Shown: positions 1-10,550, numbered from the stretch's first letter. The stretch: DNA of 64,000 nucleotides from Pirellulales bacterium (GCA_035939775.1 DASZFO010000312.1:10844-74843); one strand, 5' to 3'. The notes: a model not told the origin generated them from the sequence alone. Made by a program: numbers and translations.

Positions 1-175
1 GCGTCAAGCATTTTGACGCCAACGCCGAAAGATTTTGGAAGATTCTTTCGGTGCAGAGACAGGTGGGAAACGGATTCTGTTCGCCGGATTTGATTCGCCC
101 AACATCTCCCGTTTAGAATTGGCATATACCACTTTACGATAATGACTTACGGCAGACCACCGGCATTTGGACTAT

Positions 176-1372
176 TCACCCCGGCGTCCGGCTGAGCGAG
201 AAAATGGGCAGCAATAACGACATGGCAATTCCGCCAACCACCACTCCCATGACCGTGATCATGATCGGTTCGATCATGCTGGTCACGGTTCTGAGCGACG
301 ATTCGACCTCATGATCGTAATACGTGCTCACTCGCTCCAACACAATATCCAACTTACCGGTCTCTTCGCCGGTCGAGATCATCTGGACCAGCATCGGGGG
401 GAAGAGCGGGTTGCCGGCCAGTGCCTCACAGATCTGTTTGCCGCACGTGACCTGGTCGAGCACCTGCAGCCACAGCCGTTCATAGTAGAAATTCCCCGCC
501 ACGTCGGCGCAGAGGCGAATCGCATCGAGCACGGGAACGCCGCTCGCCACCATGGTGCCCAGCGTGCGAATGCTGCGGCTGATAATCACTTTGCGCAGCA
601 TGGCCCCGCTGAGCGGAGCGTGAATCTTGAATCCGTCCCAGATTTGCTTTCCCCGCTCGGTTCGTTTCCCGAACAAGAACCCCGCCGCGAGCGCTACACA
701 ACCGGCAAGCCAGAACGGCCAGTAATCGATCAGCACGTTGGATAGGCCCATCATGAACACGGTCGAGCTGGGCAACTGAATCCCGCGGCGGTTGAAGAGC
801 GGAGTGAATTTCGGCAGCACATACGTCAACAGGAAGATCGTCACGGCCACGGCGACGACCAACATCACGGTCGGGTAGGCCAGCGCGGCGCGGACCTTGA
901 GTCGCGTGTCCAATTCCTTGCGAAGGTAGCCGGCAATCCGGTCGAGCATTTGGCCGAGCGTGCCGGTTGCTTCGCTGGCGCGAACGAGCGAGACGTAGGT
1001 CTTATCGAACAGCTTCGGATACTTGGCCAGCGCGGTGGAGAAATCATCTCCCGATTCGACGACCGATTTGAGATCCGCGAGCACTCGGCGGAGGCTCGGA
1101 TTCTGCTCCTGGCCAAGAATTCCGCCGAGTGCGGCCGAGAGCGTAATGCCCGTGTCGACCATCACGGCCAACTGGCTGGTGACGTAGATGATTTCGTTCT
1201 TCGTCACGCGGCGCGGAAACAGCCCGCCGTCGTCCAGTTCGTCGAGCTTCAAGATGAGAAAGCCGTTGCGGCGGAGTTGCAGCGTGGCCTCATCGACACC
1301 GGCGGCCTCGAGCTGGCCGTCGACGACGTTTCCCAGCGTATCGCGGATGCGGTATTGGAAGGTCATGGTCAT
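176..1372 (-). CDS. pilC: Type II secretion system F family / type IV pilus platform protein PilC
   Basis: 398 aa; QLAVMVDTGITL, EATGTLGQML, ALAYP, GEETGKLD and IEP motifs with three TM segments typical of GspF/PilC. Confidence 0.93.
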   Translation of the reverse strand: MTMTFQYRIRDTLGNVVDGQLEAAGVDEATLQLRRNGFLILKLDELDDGGLFPRRVTKNEIIYVTSQLAVMVDTGITLSAALGGILGQEQNPSLRRVLADLKSVVESGDDFSTALAKYPKLFDKTYVSLVRASEATGTLGQMLDRIAGYLRKELDTRLKVRAALAYPTVMLVVAVAVTIFLLTYVLPKFTPLFNRRGIQLPSSTVFMMGLSNVLIDYWPFWLAGCVALAAGFLFGKRTERGKQIWDGFKIHAPLSGAMLRKVIISRSIRTLGTMVASGVPVLDAIRLCADVAGNFYYERLWLQVLDQVTCGKQICEALAGNPLFPPMLVQMISTGEETGKLDIVLERVSTYYDHEVESSLRTVTSMIEPIMITVMGVVVGGIAMSLLLPIFSLSRTPG

Positions 1373-1431
1373 GGCAGACTTAGGACCTCTTCTCTTTCGT
1401 GCACTGGCGGCGTGTTTCGCGGCAGCGCGGA

Positions 1432-1460
1432 GCGGACGGCACGCGGAGTTTGCCTGCTAC
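1432..1460 (-). repeat. GTAG-family REP-like palindrome
   Basis: Minus strand reads GTAGCAGGCAAACTCCGCGTGCCGTCCGC directly after the pilB stop: GTAG tetranucleotide followed by an imperfect GGCA...TGCC hairpin. Confidence 0.55.
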
Positions 1461-1461
1461 T

Positions 1462-3192
1462 TTACATTGCACTTTCGGCCGCGGCCTCGCGCGTTTCTCC
1501 GGCCACGTGGAACACTTCCTCGACCGTCGTGATCCCCTCGCGGACTTTGCGGAAGCCATCTTGGCGGAGCGTGACCATTCCGCGCCGGCGGGCCAATTCT
1601 TCGAGCGTCTGGAGCGGCGCCCTCGAGGCGATCGCGTCGCGCAGCTCTTCATTGAGCAGCAGCAATTCGTGGATGCCGATCCGCCCGCTAAAGCCCGTGT
1701 TGCGGCAATGCCGGCAACCAACTCCGCGGAAGAACTCGGGAATCTCGCAGCCCATCCGTTCCAGCGCCTTGCGAACTGTCCGCGGCGGCTCGTAGCTCTG
1801 CCGGCATTTCGAGCAGGTTCGCCGCACGAGCCGCTGCGCCAACACGGCGTTCAGCGCGGCGGCGATCAAATACGGCTCGACACCCATGTTGACCAGCCGA
1901 GTGACGGCCGAGCAGGCACTATTCGTGTGCAAGGTGCTGAAAACCAGATGGCCGGTGAGCGCCGCTTGAATCGCGGTTCGAGCGGTTTCCTCGTCGCGGA
2001 TTTCGCCGACCATAATCACATCGGGATCTTGCCGCAAAAGCGTTCGCAGGGCCTTGGAAAACGTCAGCCCGACCTTCTCCTGCACCTGGAATTGGTTGAT
2101 CAACGGCAGATGGTATTCAATCGGGTCCTCGACCGTGCAAATGTTGTTGTCCATCGAGCTGATCGAGTTGAGCGCGGCGTAAAGCGTGGTCGATTTGCCG
2201 CTGCCGGTCGGGCCGGTGACGAGAATAATCCCGTTTGGAGCGCGGATCGATTCCTGAAAGTCCGTCAACACGTCCTCGAGAAACCCGAGGTCCTGCAGAT
2301 TGAGCGAGACGCTCTTGGTGTCGAGAATTCGGATGACCGTCTTTTCCCCGCGCGTCGTGGGGAACGTGCTGACGCGGAGGTCGATCTTGCGGCTGTCGAG
2401 CATCACGTGAACGCGGCCATCTTGTGGCAACCGGCGCTCGCTGATATCCATCGAAGCCATGATCTTGATACGGCTGGTCACGGCCCCGAGCAAGTGCAGA
2501 GGGACCTCGAGAGTTTTGTACAGCCGCCCATCCACCCGGTTGCGCACGCGCAGGCAGCGCTCCGCCGGCTCGATCTGAATATCGCTCGCGCCCTCCTTGG
2601 CGGCCGAGTAGATGATGAAATTCACGAGGCGGATCACCGGCGATTGGCCGGCGATCTCCTCGACGTCGCCGATATCTTCGATCGCCTCCTCGATCAAATG
2701 GACGTCGGCCGCCTCGGAGTCTTCGATGATGTCGTCGATGACGAACACCTTCGAATTCGGCAGGCCCGTGAGCATCCGGCGGATGTCGCGGGGCGTGGCG
2801 GCGACGATCTGGATTTGCCGCCGCGTGACGTTACGCAACTCCTCGATCAAGAATAGATTCGACGGTTCGGCGACGGCGACGGTCAGCGTGTCGCGCACCA
2901 GGAACAGCGGCAAGACGAGATTCGCTTCGATGTAGTCGCGCGGCAGAATCTCGACGACGTTGGGATCGTACAGCCGCGTCTCGAGCTTGGCATAGGGCAC
3001 GCCATATTCGGCCGCCAGACACTCGACGATCTGCTCCTCGGTGCAGACGTCCAATTCGACGAGGATTTCACCGAGCAACTTCCCTTCGCTGCTCCCCTGC
3101 TGATGGGAAAGCGCTTGCTCGAGCGCATCGATCGACAAATATCCTCTGTCGAGCAGCAGCGTGCCGAGGCGTTGTGGCGCTTCGATGGACAT
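1462..3192 (-). CDS. pilB: GspE/PilB assembly ATPase with N-terminal MshEN-type domain
   Basis: ERRLPQDGR, Walker A GPTGSGKST, TVEDPIEY, LRQDPDVIMVGEIRD, TGHLVFSTLHTN, two CxxC pairs; start placed at ATG 3192 (MSIEAPQRLG) rather than 3270. Confidence 0.93.
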   Translation of the reverse strand: MSIEAPQRLGTLLLDRGYLSIDALEQALSHQQGSSEGKLLGEILVELDVCTEEQIVECLAAEYGVPYAKLETRLYDPNVVEILPRDYIEANLVLPLFLVRDTLTVAVAEPSNLFLIEELRNVTRRQIQIVAATPRDIRRMLTGLPNSKVFVIDDIIEDSEAADVHLIEEAIEDIGDVEEIAGQSPVIRLVNFIIYSAAKEGASDIQIEPAERCLRVRNRVDGRLYKTLEVPLHLLGAVTSRIKIMASMDISERRLPQDGRVHVMLDSRKIDLRVSTFPTTRGEKTVIRILDTKSVSLNLQDLGFLEDVLTDFQESIRAPNGIILVTGPTGSGKSTTLYAALNSISSMDNNICTVEDPIEYHLPLINQFQVQEKVGLTFSKALRTLLRQDPDVIMVGEIRDEETARTAIQAALTGHLVFSTLHTNSACSAVTRLVNMGVEPYLIAAALNAVLAQRLVRRTCSKCRQSYEPPRTVRKALERMGCEIPEFFRGVGCRHCRNTGFSGRIGIHELLLLNEELRDAIASRAPLQTLEELARRRGMVTLRQDGFRKVREGITTVEEVFHVAGETREAAAESAM

Positions 3193-3204
3193 GAGGATCG
3201 CGGC

Positions 3205-3330
3205 TCGGGATTCGGGATTCGAATAACCTATTGCCCTGCAGGCAGTCGCATACAAGTCTTGGTGTTCCACATCGATCTGGAGCGATTCCGTTCGGCCTCT
3301 CCGAACCCGAATCCCCCGTCCCTAGCCCCT
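3205..3330. repeat. Inverted pair of short heptamer arrays
   Basis: TCGGGAT x2 at 3205-3218 faces degenerate CCGAACC/CGAATCC units at ~3300-3317. Confidence 0.45.
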
Positions 3331-3651
3331 GAAGCTTTTTACCGCGTCGATCACGCTTTCGAAAACTTCGAGTTGCTGATCGAGTCGCGTGATTTCCAGA
3401 ATCTTGCGATTGACGCCGTTAGTCGTAGCAATCTTCAAATCGCCCTCGTTAGTGCGAAGCTGGTCTTGCGCGTCGAGAAACGCCGTCAGTCCCGCGCTCT
3501 CGAGCAACTCGGTGCCGTCGAGGTCGAGGACGATCCGCGATTGGCCGAGCCCCGCACAAAAGCCGATCAGGGCTGCCGCTTGCTCTTCGCCGACTTCGTC
3601 CGGGGCATGCACCACGGCCACGTTGCCGAACACTTCAGTGGGAAGATTCAT
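3322..3651 (-). CDS. STAS-domain protein (anti-sigma factor antagonist type)
   Basis: MNLPTEVFGNVAVV...IVLDLDGTELLESAGL...ILEITRLD; ATG at 3651 overlaps the regulator stop. Confidence 0.85.
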   Translation of the reverse strand: MNLPTEVFGNVAVVHAPDEVGEEQAAALIGFCAGLGQSRIVLDLDGTELLESAGLTAFLDAQDQLRTNEGDLKIATTNGVNRKILEITRLDQQLEVFESVIDAVKSFRG

Positions 3652-4127
3652 AAGCGGCGGCGCCTCGGCGGAGCGCTTGCCGCATCCTCGGCAGACAATG
3701 GGTGCTCGCTGACGGGCGCGAGAGAAGCATGGCCGCGACCGCCGGCGTCCGAATCCGTCTGCTGTAAACCCTGTTCGACGGTGCGCAGCAGCTCCCGCGG
3801 ACTGAAGGGCTTGACCATCAGCTTGAAAAGGCCGTATTTCTCGGTGCTCTCGGCCGGTGATAGCTCGAAACCTTTGGCCGTCAGCATGATGATCGGCAAA
3901 TGGCGCGTGAGCGGGCTCCCGCGAATCCGCCGGCAAAGTCCGAAGCCGTCAAGCAAGGGCATTTGCAGGTCGGTGACCACCAGATCGGGCAGGCAGCGCT
4001 CGATCTCGCGCCAGGCGTCTTCGCCATTGCTGGCGCAGCGCACCTTGAGTCCGGCTCCCTTGAGCTTGAACTCCGCTGCCCGCAGGATCGCGATCTCATC
4101 GTCGCAAAGCAAAATCTGCTTGGTCAT
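3648..4127 (-). CDS. Single-domain (CheY-like) response regulator
   Basis: ILLCDDE, phosphoacceptor in DLVVTDLQMP, IIMLTAKG, KPFSP; no output domain. Confidence 0.9.
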   Translation of the reverse strand: MTKQILLCDDEIAILRAAEFKLKGAGLKVRCASNGEDAWREIERCLPDLVVTDLQMPLLDGFGLCRRIRGSPLTRHLPIIMLTAKGFELSPAESTEKYGLFKLMVKPFSPRELLRTVEQGLQQTDSDAGGRGHASLAPVSEHPLSAEDAASAPPRRRRL

Positions 4128-4179
4128 TTCACACCTTATCCTTCAACCGATCGCGCCCTCGGCCGTGTCGCACCGTCGC

Positions 4180-5703
4180 TTAAACAAGCTGGGCGGCGGC
4201 CGGGAGCGAAACCGTGAACATGCTTCCGGCGCCCGGCGTGCTTTCGACCGCGATTCGGCCGCCATGCACGTCTTCGACGATGTGCTTCGCCAGCGGCAGC
4301 CCGAGGCCGGTTCCCTGAGCCATGCCTCGATCCTTCTTGACGCGGTAAAACTTCTCGAACACCTTCACTTTGTCGTCTTCGCTCAGCCCAACCCCCGTGT
4401 CGTTCACCTCGAACGCGACCTGGTCGTCGACTGTCCGGCTGCGCAACGTGACCGCGCCTCCCGTGGGAGTGTACTTGATCGCATTGGAAAGCAAATTGAT
4501 CGCGGCCTGCATGAGCATGTCTCGGTCGGCGAGCACGGCGAGATACATTGGGCTGAATTCGGCGGCGAGCTGGATCTGCTTCGCAACGGCCGAAGGTCGG
4601 ACAATATCGAGCGCCTCGCCGAGCAGTTCATTCAACGAAATGCTCTTCTTCGAGACGTCGATGACGCCCGCTTCGATGCGGGCTATGTTGAGTAGATTGT
4701 CGATCAGCCGTTGCAAGCGATTGGCCTGGCCGTCGATCACACTGAGGAAGTCCTCGCGGATCGCCGAATCCGCCGGATCGCAATCGGCCAGCAATTCCAC
4801 ATACGCCTTGATCCCCGACAGCGGCGACTTCATTTCATGGCTCACAGCCGAGACAAACTCCGCATAGCGCTTCTGGCCCGATTTGAGTTCGCTGATGTCG
4901 CGGAGCACGGCGAAGGCCCCCGGTGACGGCTTGCTGAACGCGCCGCCGCGATCATCGAGTGCGAGACTTCGCGCGACGATGGCAAACCACCGTGAATTCC
5001 CGGCGTCGTCCAGCAACTCAACCTCGCCGGTTCGCTGGGAAGGGGCCTTCCTCCGTCGCGTCTCAGTCAGCAGATCCACAAGTCGTTCGCAGCGGAGCAA
5101 GCTTGCCAACGGCTTTCCCGTCGAGGGTTTTCCCTCGATTAGAAATAGCTTCTCGGCGCTGGCGTTGGCCAGAATCAGCTCGTCAAACGCGTTGATCGCC
5201 AGCAGCGGCTGCGGCAAATCGACGAGCATCGTTTCGAGCTGCTTTTGGCGGGCCGCGTTGCGTCGCAGCCGAATCTCGAGCGCTGACCGCGCTTGCTCGG
5301 ATTCGCGCAACCGTTCGGCGAGGGCGCCGAACCGCTCGGCCGAATTCCGCGTCACCGCAAACCAGGGATTTGTCGGCGGCAAGGCAGCTTCGACCGACAT
5401 CGCGGCCTGGGACAGCTCGCGCGCGTCCATGCGGCTGAGTTGGTCAACGTATTGGAGGGCCTTCCGCTGGGCGCGCGTCACATGACGACCCCAAAGAAAG
5501 GCCGAGCCGGCCGCAAAGACGAATCCCAACCCAAAGGCGCGTTCGCGGATCGATAGCTGCGATTGTCCCGGCAGAATCAGGCACCCGAACCAGAGCGCAA
5601 ACCAGGCGACAACCACCGCGGTCGCCAACGACAGGAGGGCCTTGCCCTTGGTGTCGGGGCGCTGGGCAATGTGATTGTGAGATTCAGGAGAGTGGTCTGT
5701 CAT
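4180..5703 (-). CDS. Membrane sensor histidine kinase with PAS-like domain
   Basis: Two N-terminal TM segments; H-box SHEMKSPL, N-box NLLSNAIKY, DTGVGL, FEKFYRV, GTGLGL. Confidence 0.92.
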   Translation of the reverse strand: MTDHSPESHNHIAQRPDTKGKALLSLATAVVVAWFALWFGCLILPGQSQLSIRERAFGLGFVFAAGSAFLWGRHVTRAQRKALQYVDQLSRMDARELSQAAMSVEAALPPTNPWFAVTRNSAERFGALAERLRESEQARSALEIRLRRNAARQKQLETMLVDLPQPLLAINAFDELILANASAEKLFLIEGKPSTGKPLASLLRCERLVDLLTETRRRKAPSQRTGEVELLDDAGNSRWFAIVARSLALDDRGGAFSKPSPGAFAVLRDISELKSGQKRYAEFVSAVSHEMKSPLSGIKAYVELLADCDPADSAIREDFLSVIDGQANRLQRLIDNLLNIARIEAGVIDVSKKSISLNELLGEALDIVRPSAVAKQIQLAAEFSPMYLAVLADRDMLMQAAINLLSNAIKYTPTGGAVTLRSRTVDDQVAFEVNDTGVGLSEDDKVKVFEKFYRVKKDRGMAQGTGLGLPLAKHIVEDVHGGRIAVESTPGAGSMFTVSLPAAAQLV

Positions 5704-5844
5704 TGGCGCACGTCGGGAAACACGGCATCGATTCGGTTACGCAGCATCTCGCCAACGAGCGCGAAGCTCCCGCCGAGTCGACTGCCCTGGCCGACCCCGC
5801 AGCACGAGCTGTGGGCGCGAGTCTCTATCGGCGCTCGGTGCGCG

Positions 5845-6924
5845 TCAATCGGGCCGGTTACCGTAGCGCGGGTCGAGCCGGGCCGCCTCGTCAAAATGTC
5901 GACGAGCGGCGTCCGCTTCGCCCAGCCGGGCTAGGGTCGAGCCCATTAAAAAGTAGGCCAGGGCATTGGACTTGTCCAACACGAGGGCCCGGCCCAAAGA
6001 AACCCGCGCCGCAGTAAAATCTCCATGCCGGTACTGCGCCATTCCCAGCACGCGGTAGAGCGCTGACGAATCGGGGAAGTTTCGAAGCGCGGCGGTCGCG
6101 ATCTCGATGGCCGCTTCCGGTCGATCCTCGCGCAACGCATAGACCGTCGCGTCCAGCGGAATCTGCGAGTCATCCGGATGAGCATTGGCCGACTGATAAA
6201 ATGCGGCCAGCCGGTTGCGAACCGCCGAGTCGGAATCGGCGGATTCACCGTCCCCTCCCGCACAGTCCGACTTCCCGTCAGAAACGGCGCGGTCAAGGCG
6301 ATCGGGAGTGTTGATGCTTCCAACGTGACCGTCAGGGGGCGGCAGCGTGGCCTTGAGTGCCGCCTGATAGCTCGCCTGATAGGCTTCTTCCCGAGGGGCT
6401 AATTGCGCTGCCTTCTCGTAATGGGGCAAGGCGTCGGCCATTCCTCCCAATGCGTCGAGCGCCAGGGCCGCTTCGTAATGGGCTTGCGCGTCGTTGGCGT
6501 GCGCGACTAAGACATGCCGAGCCCGATCGAGCGCCTGCTTTGGCTTGTCGTCGAATAGGTCTAATTGAGCCGCCAGTAACTGGGCCTCGCGATGGTCGGG
6601 ATTCCGGGCCAGGAGCGACGTGAGCGCCTCGCGGCAGCCGGTTGCATCTCCTTGTTGCCAGCGGCTCAATCCGGCCTGATATTGGGCTCGATCCCGTTGT
6701 TGGTCGAATTCGGCGGCGACCATCTTTCGGCGCTGCTCGCGCTGCTCGGCCACGCTTGGCGAAGCCGGTTTAGCAGACGATGTTTCACTGGCCGGCTTGT
6801 TTGCGGGGTCGTTCGGCGAGGTCTTGCTCGCATCGACCGTCGCGCAACCGGCGATCGCCGTCAGAAAAGCTGACAGAATCAGGCTGCGGCTATGAGCGAT
6901 GCGAGAACAGAGACGACGGCTCAT
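5845..6924 (-). CDS. TPR-repeat lipoprotein (possible pilotin/secretin accessory)
   Basis: Start ATG 6924 overlaps the secretin stop (ATGA); lipobox-like LTAIAGC; several TPR-like helical repeats. Confidence 0.75.
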   Translation of the reverse strand: MSRRLCSRIAHSRSLILSAFLTAIAGCATVDASKTSPNDPANKPASETSSAKPASPSVAEQREQRRKMVAAEFDQQRDRAQYQAGLSRWQQGDATGCREALTSLLARNPDHREAQLLAAQLDLFDDKPKQALDRARHVLVAHANDAQAHYEAALALDALGGMADALPHYEKAAQLAPREEAYQASYQAALKATLPPPDGHVGSINTPDRLDRAVSDGKSDCAGGDGESADSDSAVRNRLAAFYQSANAHPDDSQIPLDATVYALREDRPEAAIEIATAALRNFPDSSALYRVLGMAQYRHGDFTAARVSLGRALVLDKSNALAYFLMGSTLARLGEADAARRHFDEAARLDPRYGNRPD

Positions 6925-9179
6925 GGGGACTCGAAGTAATGCGGCCGTTCGATGCTCGTGCTGCTGCCGGGAACACCCGGATCCATTGGATGCTGCGGCA
7001 GCAGTGGCGAGATGAGTTGCTCGGCAGCGGGATGCTGCAGATCGTTCAGAATCCAAGGCGGAGTGGTTTGGCCGTCGAGCGCTCGCGCATCGCCGACAGG
7101 GACGGGAAACTTAACCGCCGTGTGCTCGTCGAAATGATTGCCGGTCAGGATGTCGCTGCGCAGCTCGATGGCGGCTCGACTTAGCGGATCGTAATGGATC
7201 GACAAATCGATGAACCGCAGTGCAGTCGCCTGATCGCCGGCCGCCCAGGCTTGCTGGGCCAGTCGGTAGTGTTGCCGCCCGAGGTATCGTTTGCCGATCG
7301 GGCTCATCTGATCGGCATAAATGGCCTGGCGGCGATGGAAGTCGGCGGCGCCCTTGGACCCTTCGGCACAGGCCTCGGCGTCGTAGATGATGTGCGGCGT
7401 GATCAGCACGAGAATCTCGCTCTTCTGCGTATGATCGGTTTTTTGGCGAAACAGGAATCCGACTCCCGGCAGGCTTCCCAATAGCGGAATCTGGGTGACG
7501 TTGCTCGCCAAGTCTTCGCGCATCAGCCCTCCGATGATGACTGTCGCTCCGTCGCGGACCATAACGTTGGTCGTCACCTGAGTGACGTCCTTTTCCGGCA
7601 ACGTGAAACCGCTTTCGATCTTCACCTGGCCGGTGGAGAGTTCGGGATGAACCTCCATCCGGATCAAGCCGTCGGAGGAGATGAACGGGCGGAGGCGGAG
7701 CTGCGCGCCGACTTCCAGGAAATTGACATTCTGCGCCGTGCTCGTCTCCGTCACCGTGCTGCTGATATAGCCCAACTGGGAGCCAATCAGAATCTCGGCC
7801 TTGTGCTTGTTGACGCAGGTGAGTCGCGGCGTGGCGATGACGTTCGTGTCGCCGACGGTTTCGAGCGCTTGCAGAAACAGGCTCAGGCTCGAATCCAGAA
7901 AGGCGAAGTTCAAGCCGCCGTTGCTCACGTCGACGTTCGCCAGGCTCGACGGCGGATTGCCGCTGGTGAGCTTGATATGGGCGTTGTCGCGCAGCGCCTG
8001 GAAATTGATGCCGAAGGAGTTCTGGTCGTCCAGCTTGACGCTCAGAATCATCGCTTCGATGGCGACTTGCATCGGGCGCTTGTCGACCTCCGCGACGACC
8101 TGGTCTACTTGCGCCAGCACCGATTCATAATCGCGCACGAGCACCGATTCGCCGCCGGCAAACGTGTCGCCGCCGGCCTTCGTGTTATCGACCGCGATGC
8201 CCGTTTCCGCCGGAGGCGTCTTGCTGATCGTGCCGATGTCTCGCGTCAAGAGGGGCGTGATGAGCGCTTCCAAGTCGGTCGCGCGGACGTAGTTGGTTTG
8301 GTATACCCGCGTGCCGATTTTATCGAGCGACTGTTCGAGGTCCTGAAAATCCTTGGCCGTGCCGACGTAGATCATGGTGCCGTGCCGGCGCGTGACGTAG
8401 CCAGTCGATTTGAGGATCGCGGCCAATGCCGTTTGAATATCGACGTCGTGCAACGAGGCGGAGACTTTTCCCTTGACGGTGTTGCTCGGCAGGATGTTGA
8501 GATTGCCTTCGCGACTGATGAGTTCCAGGACGTCGCGGATATCGGCGTCCTGAAAATCGAGCGAAAGATGGTCGTCCCCTTCGCCGGATTTCGTGATTCT
8601 CGGTTTGGCCTTTGCGGACGGACCAGCCGGCGACAGGGGTCGCGCCCCCGGGCCGTTTTGGAGTGCCGGTGCATCCTGGTTTCGACCGCTTGCCGCTGGT
8701 TTTTCGACGGGCTCGGCGTTTGGCGAGTCCTTGCTGTTCTGCTCGAGCAGATCGCGCAGCTCGTCAAGACCTTCGCGCACCTTTTGCCGCGCCTCCGGGC
8801 TTCCTGGCGCCGGAACCTGTTGCTCGATCGCAGGCGATGGTTCTTCCGTCATGGCCAGCGATGGACCGTCTGCATTGGTGGCCGACGCCGATTCGGGCGG
8901 TTGAAGATCGGACCGATCGGCAGGCTGCAACGAATGCACCTCGACAAGCGGCGCCGGCTGGGCGACGAGATAGCGGCCGTTAGGAGCCGGTTCGCCCGCG
9001 AAAACCTCGTCGCGCGCTCCGGCTGGAAGCGGCACGGCGGTTTCGCCGGTCGCGCCGGCAGCCGTGTGCGATTTCGGGGCGCCACCCGGCGCCGGATCTG
9101 AAAGCGCGACGCAGATCGCCGCGCCGACTCCGGCGGCAGCAAAAATCCCTAACAGGAGCAACCGCGGAAATCTACTCAT
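6921..9179 (-). CDS. pilQ: Secretin (PilQ/GspD family)
   Basis: SLDFQDADIRDVL N-domain, QVAIEAMI, GATVIIGGL, IPLLGSLPGVGFLF, LVLITPHI. Confidence 0.9.
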   Translation of the reverse strand: MSRFPRLLLLGIFAAAGVGAAICVALSDPAPGGAPKSHTAAGATGETAVPLPAGARDEVFAGEPAPNGRYLVAQPAPLVEVHSLQPADRSDLQPPESASATNADGPSLAMTEEPSPAIEQQVPAPGSPEARQKVREGLDELRDLLEQNSKDSPNAEPVEKPAASGRNQDAPALQNGPGARPLSPAGPSAKAKPRITKSGEGDDHLSLDFQDADIRDVLELISREGNLNILPSNTVKGKVSASLHDVDIQTALAAILKSTGYVTRRHGTMIYVGTAKDFQDLEQSLDKIGTRVYQTNYVRATDLEALITPLLTRDIGTISKTPPAETGIAVDNTKAGGDTFAGGESVLVRDYESVLAQVDQVVAEVDKRPMQVAIEAMILSVKLDDQNSFGINFQALRDNAHIKLTSGNPPSSLANVDVSNGGLNFAFLDSSLSLFLQALETVGDTNVIATPRLTCVNKHKAEILIGSQLGYISSTVTETSTAQNVNFLEVGAQLRLRPFISSDGLIRMEVHPELSTGQVKIESGFTLPEKDVTQVTTNVMVRDGATVIIGGLMREDLASNVTQIPLLGSLPGVGFLFRQKTDHTQKSEILVLITPHIIYDAEACAEGSKGAADFHRRQAIYADQMSPIGKRYLGRQHYRLAQQAWAAGDQATALRFIDLSIHYDPLSRAAIELRSDILTGNHFDEHTAVKFPVPVGDARALDGQTTPPWILNDLQHPAAEQLISPLLPQHPMDPGVPGSSTSIERPHYFESP

Positions 9180-9207
9180 GTGTCTTCCGTGACAACCTTC
9201 CTCATTG

Positions 9208-9915
9208 CTAATTCCCGCCGCGTCGCGATTTGTCGTCGTTTAGTCGCACGTCTCTGCTCGGTTTCCGATCGCCATTCGAGGCCAGTTCGTCGCCCGGCAG
9301 AGCCAGTCGGTATTGCTTCCCTTTGCGCTCCAAAACGATCTCGCGAGGTCGAATCTCAACAAGTCGAAAGCTCCCAGCGCCATGCAAAGCGGGGATAAGA
9401 TCTCCTTCCTCGAAGACCTCTTTTCCGATTAGGGCCATCCTCTTTCCCAGTCCGACGATCGTGCTTATCAACACGATGCCGGCGTCGGCTGGGCTCAATT
9501 CGGCATCTCCGGGTGTGGCCCGCGGCGGGTTGGCTCGGATCAACTCGTTCCTCGATGAAGCGAACGGGTCTCGTCCAATCCCCAATTCGGTGGCCGGGGC
9601 CATTCGAGGATCCTGCTCCATCCAGGTAACTAACTGTCGCCATGGTCGCGTGGGGTTTTGGCCATTGCCGATCGACACTGTCGTGCCGGCCGTGACCGCG
9701 GGCTGGTTGCCCGATGCTGGCGCGGCTGACGATTTAATTGCGGCCGTCGCCGGGGCCTTGGCAGTTTTCGGATTCAGTTCCGGTTTGCCAAACCATTTTG
9801 CCGCCAGCGGCGCCCAAAACCACAACGCGACGACCGACCCTATGGCCAGAACGATGGCCTTTTTCGGGTTCGTCGCGACCTCGCGACGCACCTTGTATAC
9901 AAAGCGGGAACTCAC
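9208..9915 (-). CDS. Single-TM protein in PilP/GspC position
   Basis: TM segment, GRDPF motif and C-terminal ALIG...FRLVEIRPREIVL beta domain; lies between pilO and the secretin; GTG 9915 chosen for upstream GGAAAGG. Confidence 0.55.
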   Translation of the reverse strand: MSSRFVYKVRREVATNPKKAIVLAIGSVVALWFWAPLAAKWFGKPELNPKTAKAPATAAIKSSAAPASGNQPAVTAGTTVSIGNGQNPTRPWRQLVTWMEQDPRMAPATELGIGRDPFASSRNELIRANPPRATPGDAELSPADAGIVLISTIVGLGKRMALIGKEVFEEGDLIPALHGAGSFRLVEIRPREIVLERKGKQYRLALPGDELASNGDRKPSRDVRLNDDKSRRGGN

Positions 9916-9995
9916 GGAATCGCGCCTTTCCGGTCGAAGCAGGCAATGCATTGCCCAATCCGGCCCCTCTAATATCGGCCCAACACCGGTCTTAC

Positions 9996-10550
9996 CTAAT
10001 CGGAATTCTCCGATTTACCAGCAAAAACCACCAATCTCATTTCACATTTCATCTTTTGCCCAGTTTCGCGCAACGCCTCGAAACGCACATCGTCAAGCCA
10101 CATCCGCTCGGGCAATCCTTCCAATCCAGCTAGCAACCGACAGATTTCGACGAAACTCCCCTTCGCGGCGAACACGACCGGAACGACGCGCAATGTATCG
10201 AGTTCCACTTCGGGTTGTGGCTCGATCCGCGTCGTCCCAGCGCCGGCGACGTCGGCCTGTTTCGTGATTCGACCGAGAAGCGCCGAGAACGTACCATGCG
10301 TCGGCAGGCGCTGTCGCGAGCTGGTCGTATACTCCCTGGTGCGTTCGAGTTCTGACTGATTTTGAGCGAGGGCGATTGTGAGCGACGTGGCATGCGTGAT
10401 GTAGCTTTCATCGTTGCGAATCTCGTCGCGCAGCGACTTGATCGCTCGAGCGGTCGGAAAGAACGAAACCAGCAAATATAGAACTGTGGCAGCGGCGAGT
10501 GAAATGGTCACCGTCCAACTGCCGTATCGTGGTTGAGATTTCTTTCGCAT
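9996..10550 (-). CDS. pilO: PilO-like pilus alignment protein
   Basis: N-terminal TM, coiled coil, RLP...LL, KGSFVEICRLLAGLEGLPERM; downstream of pilN. Confidence 0.75.
   Translation of the reverse strand: MRKKSQPRYGSWTVTISLAAATVLYLLVSFFPTARAIKSLRDEIRNDESYITHATSLTIALAQNQSELERTREYTTSSRQRLPTHGTFSALLGRITKQADVAGAGTTRIEPQPEVELDTLRVVPVVFAAKGSFVEICRLLAGLEGLPERMWLDDVRFEALRETGQKMKCEMRLVVFAGKSENSD

Noticed and set aside
1399..4695. Long plus-strand ORFs (485 aa, 530 aa) opposite pilB and the kinase module; likewise 7647-9101, 19582-21321, 23840-25162, 35333-36694, 41979-43748, 55720-57270
   Set aside because: Antisense shadows of well-supported genes, expected from high-GC codon bias; no motifs
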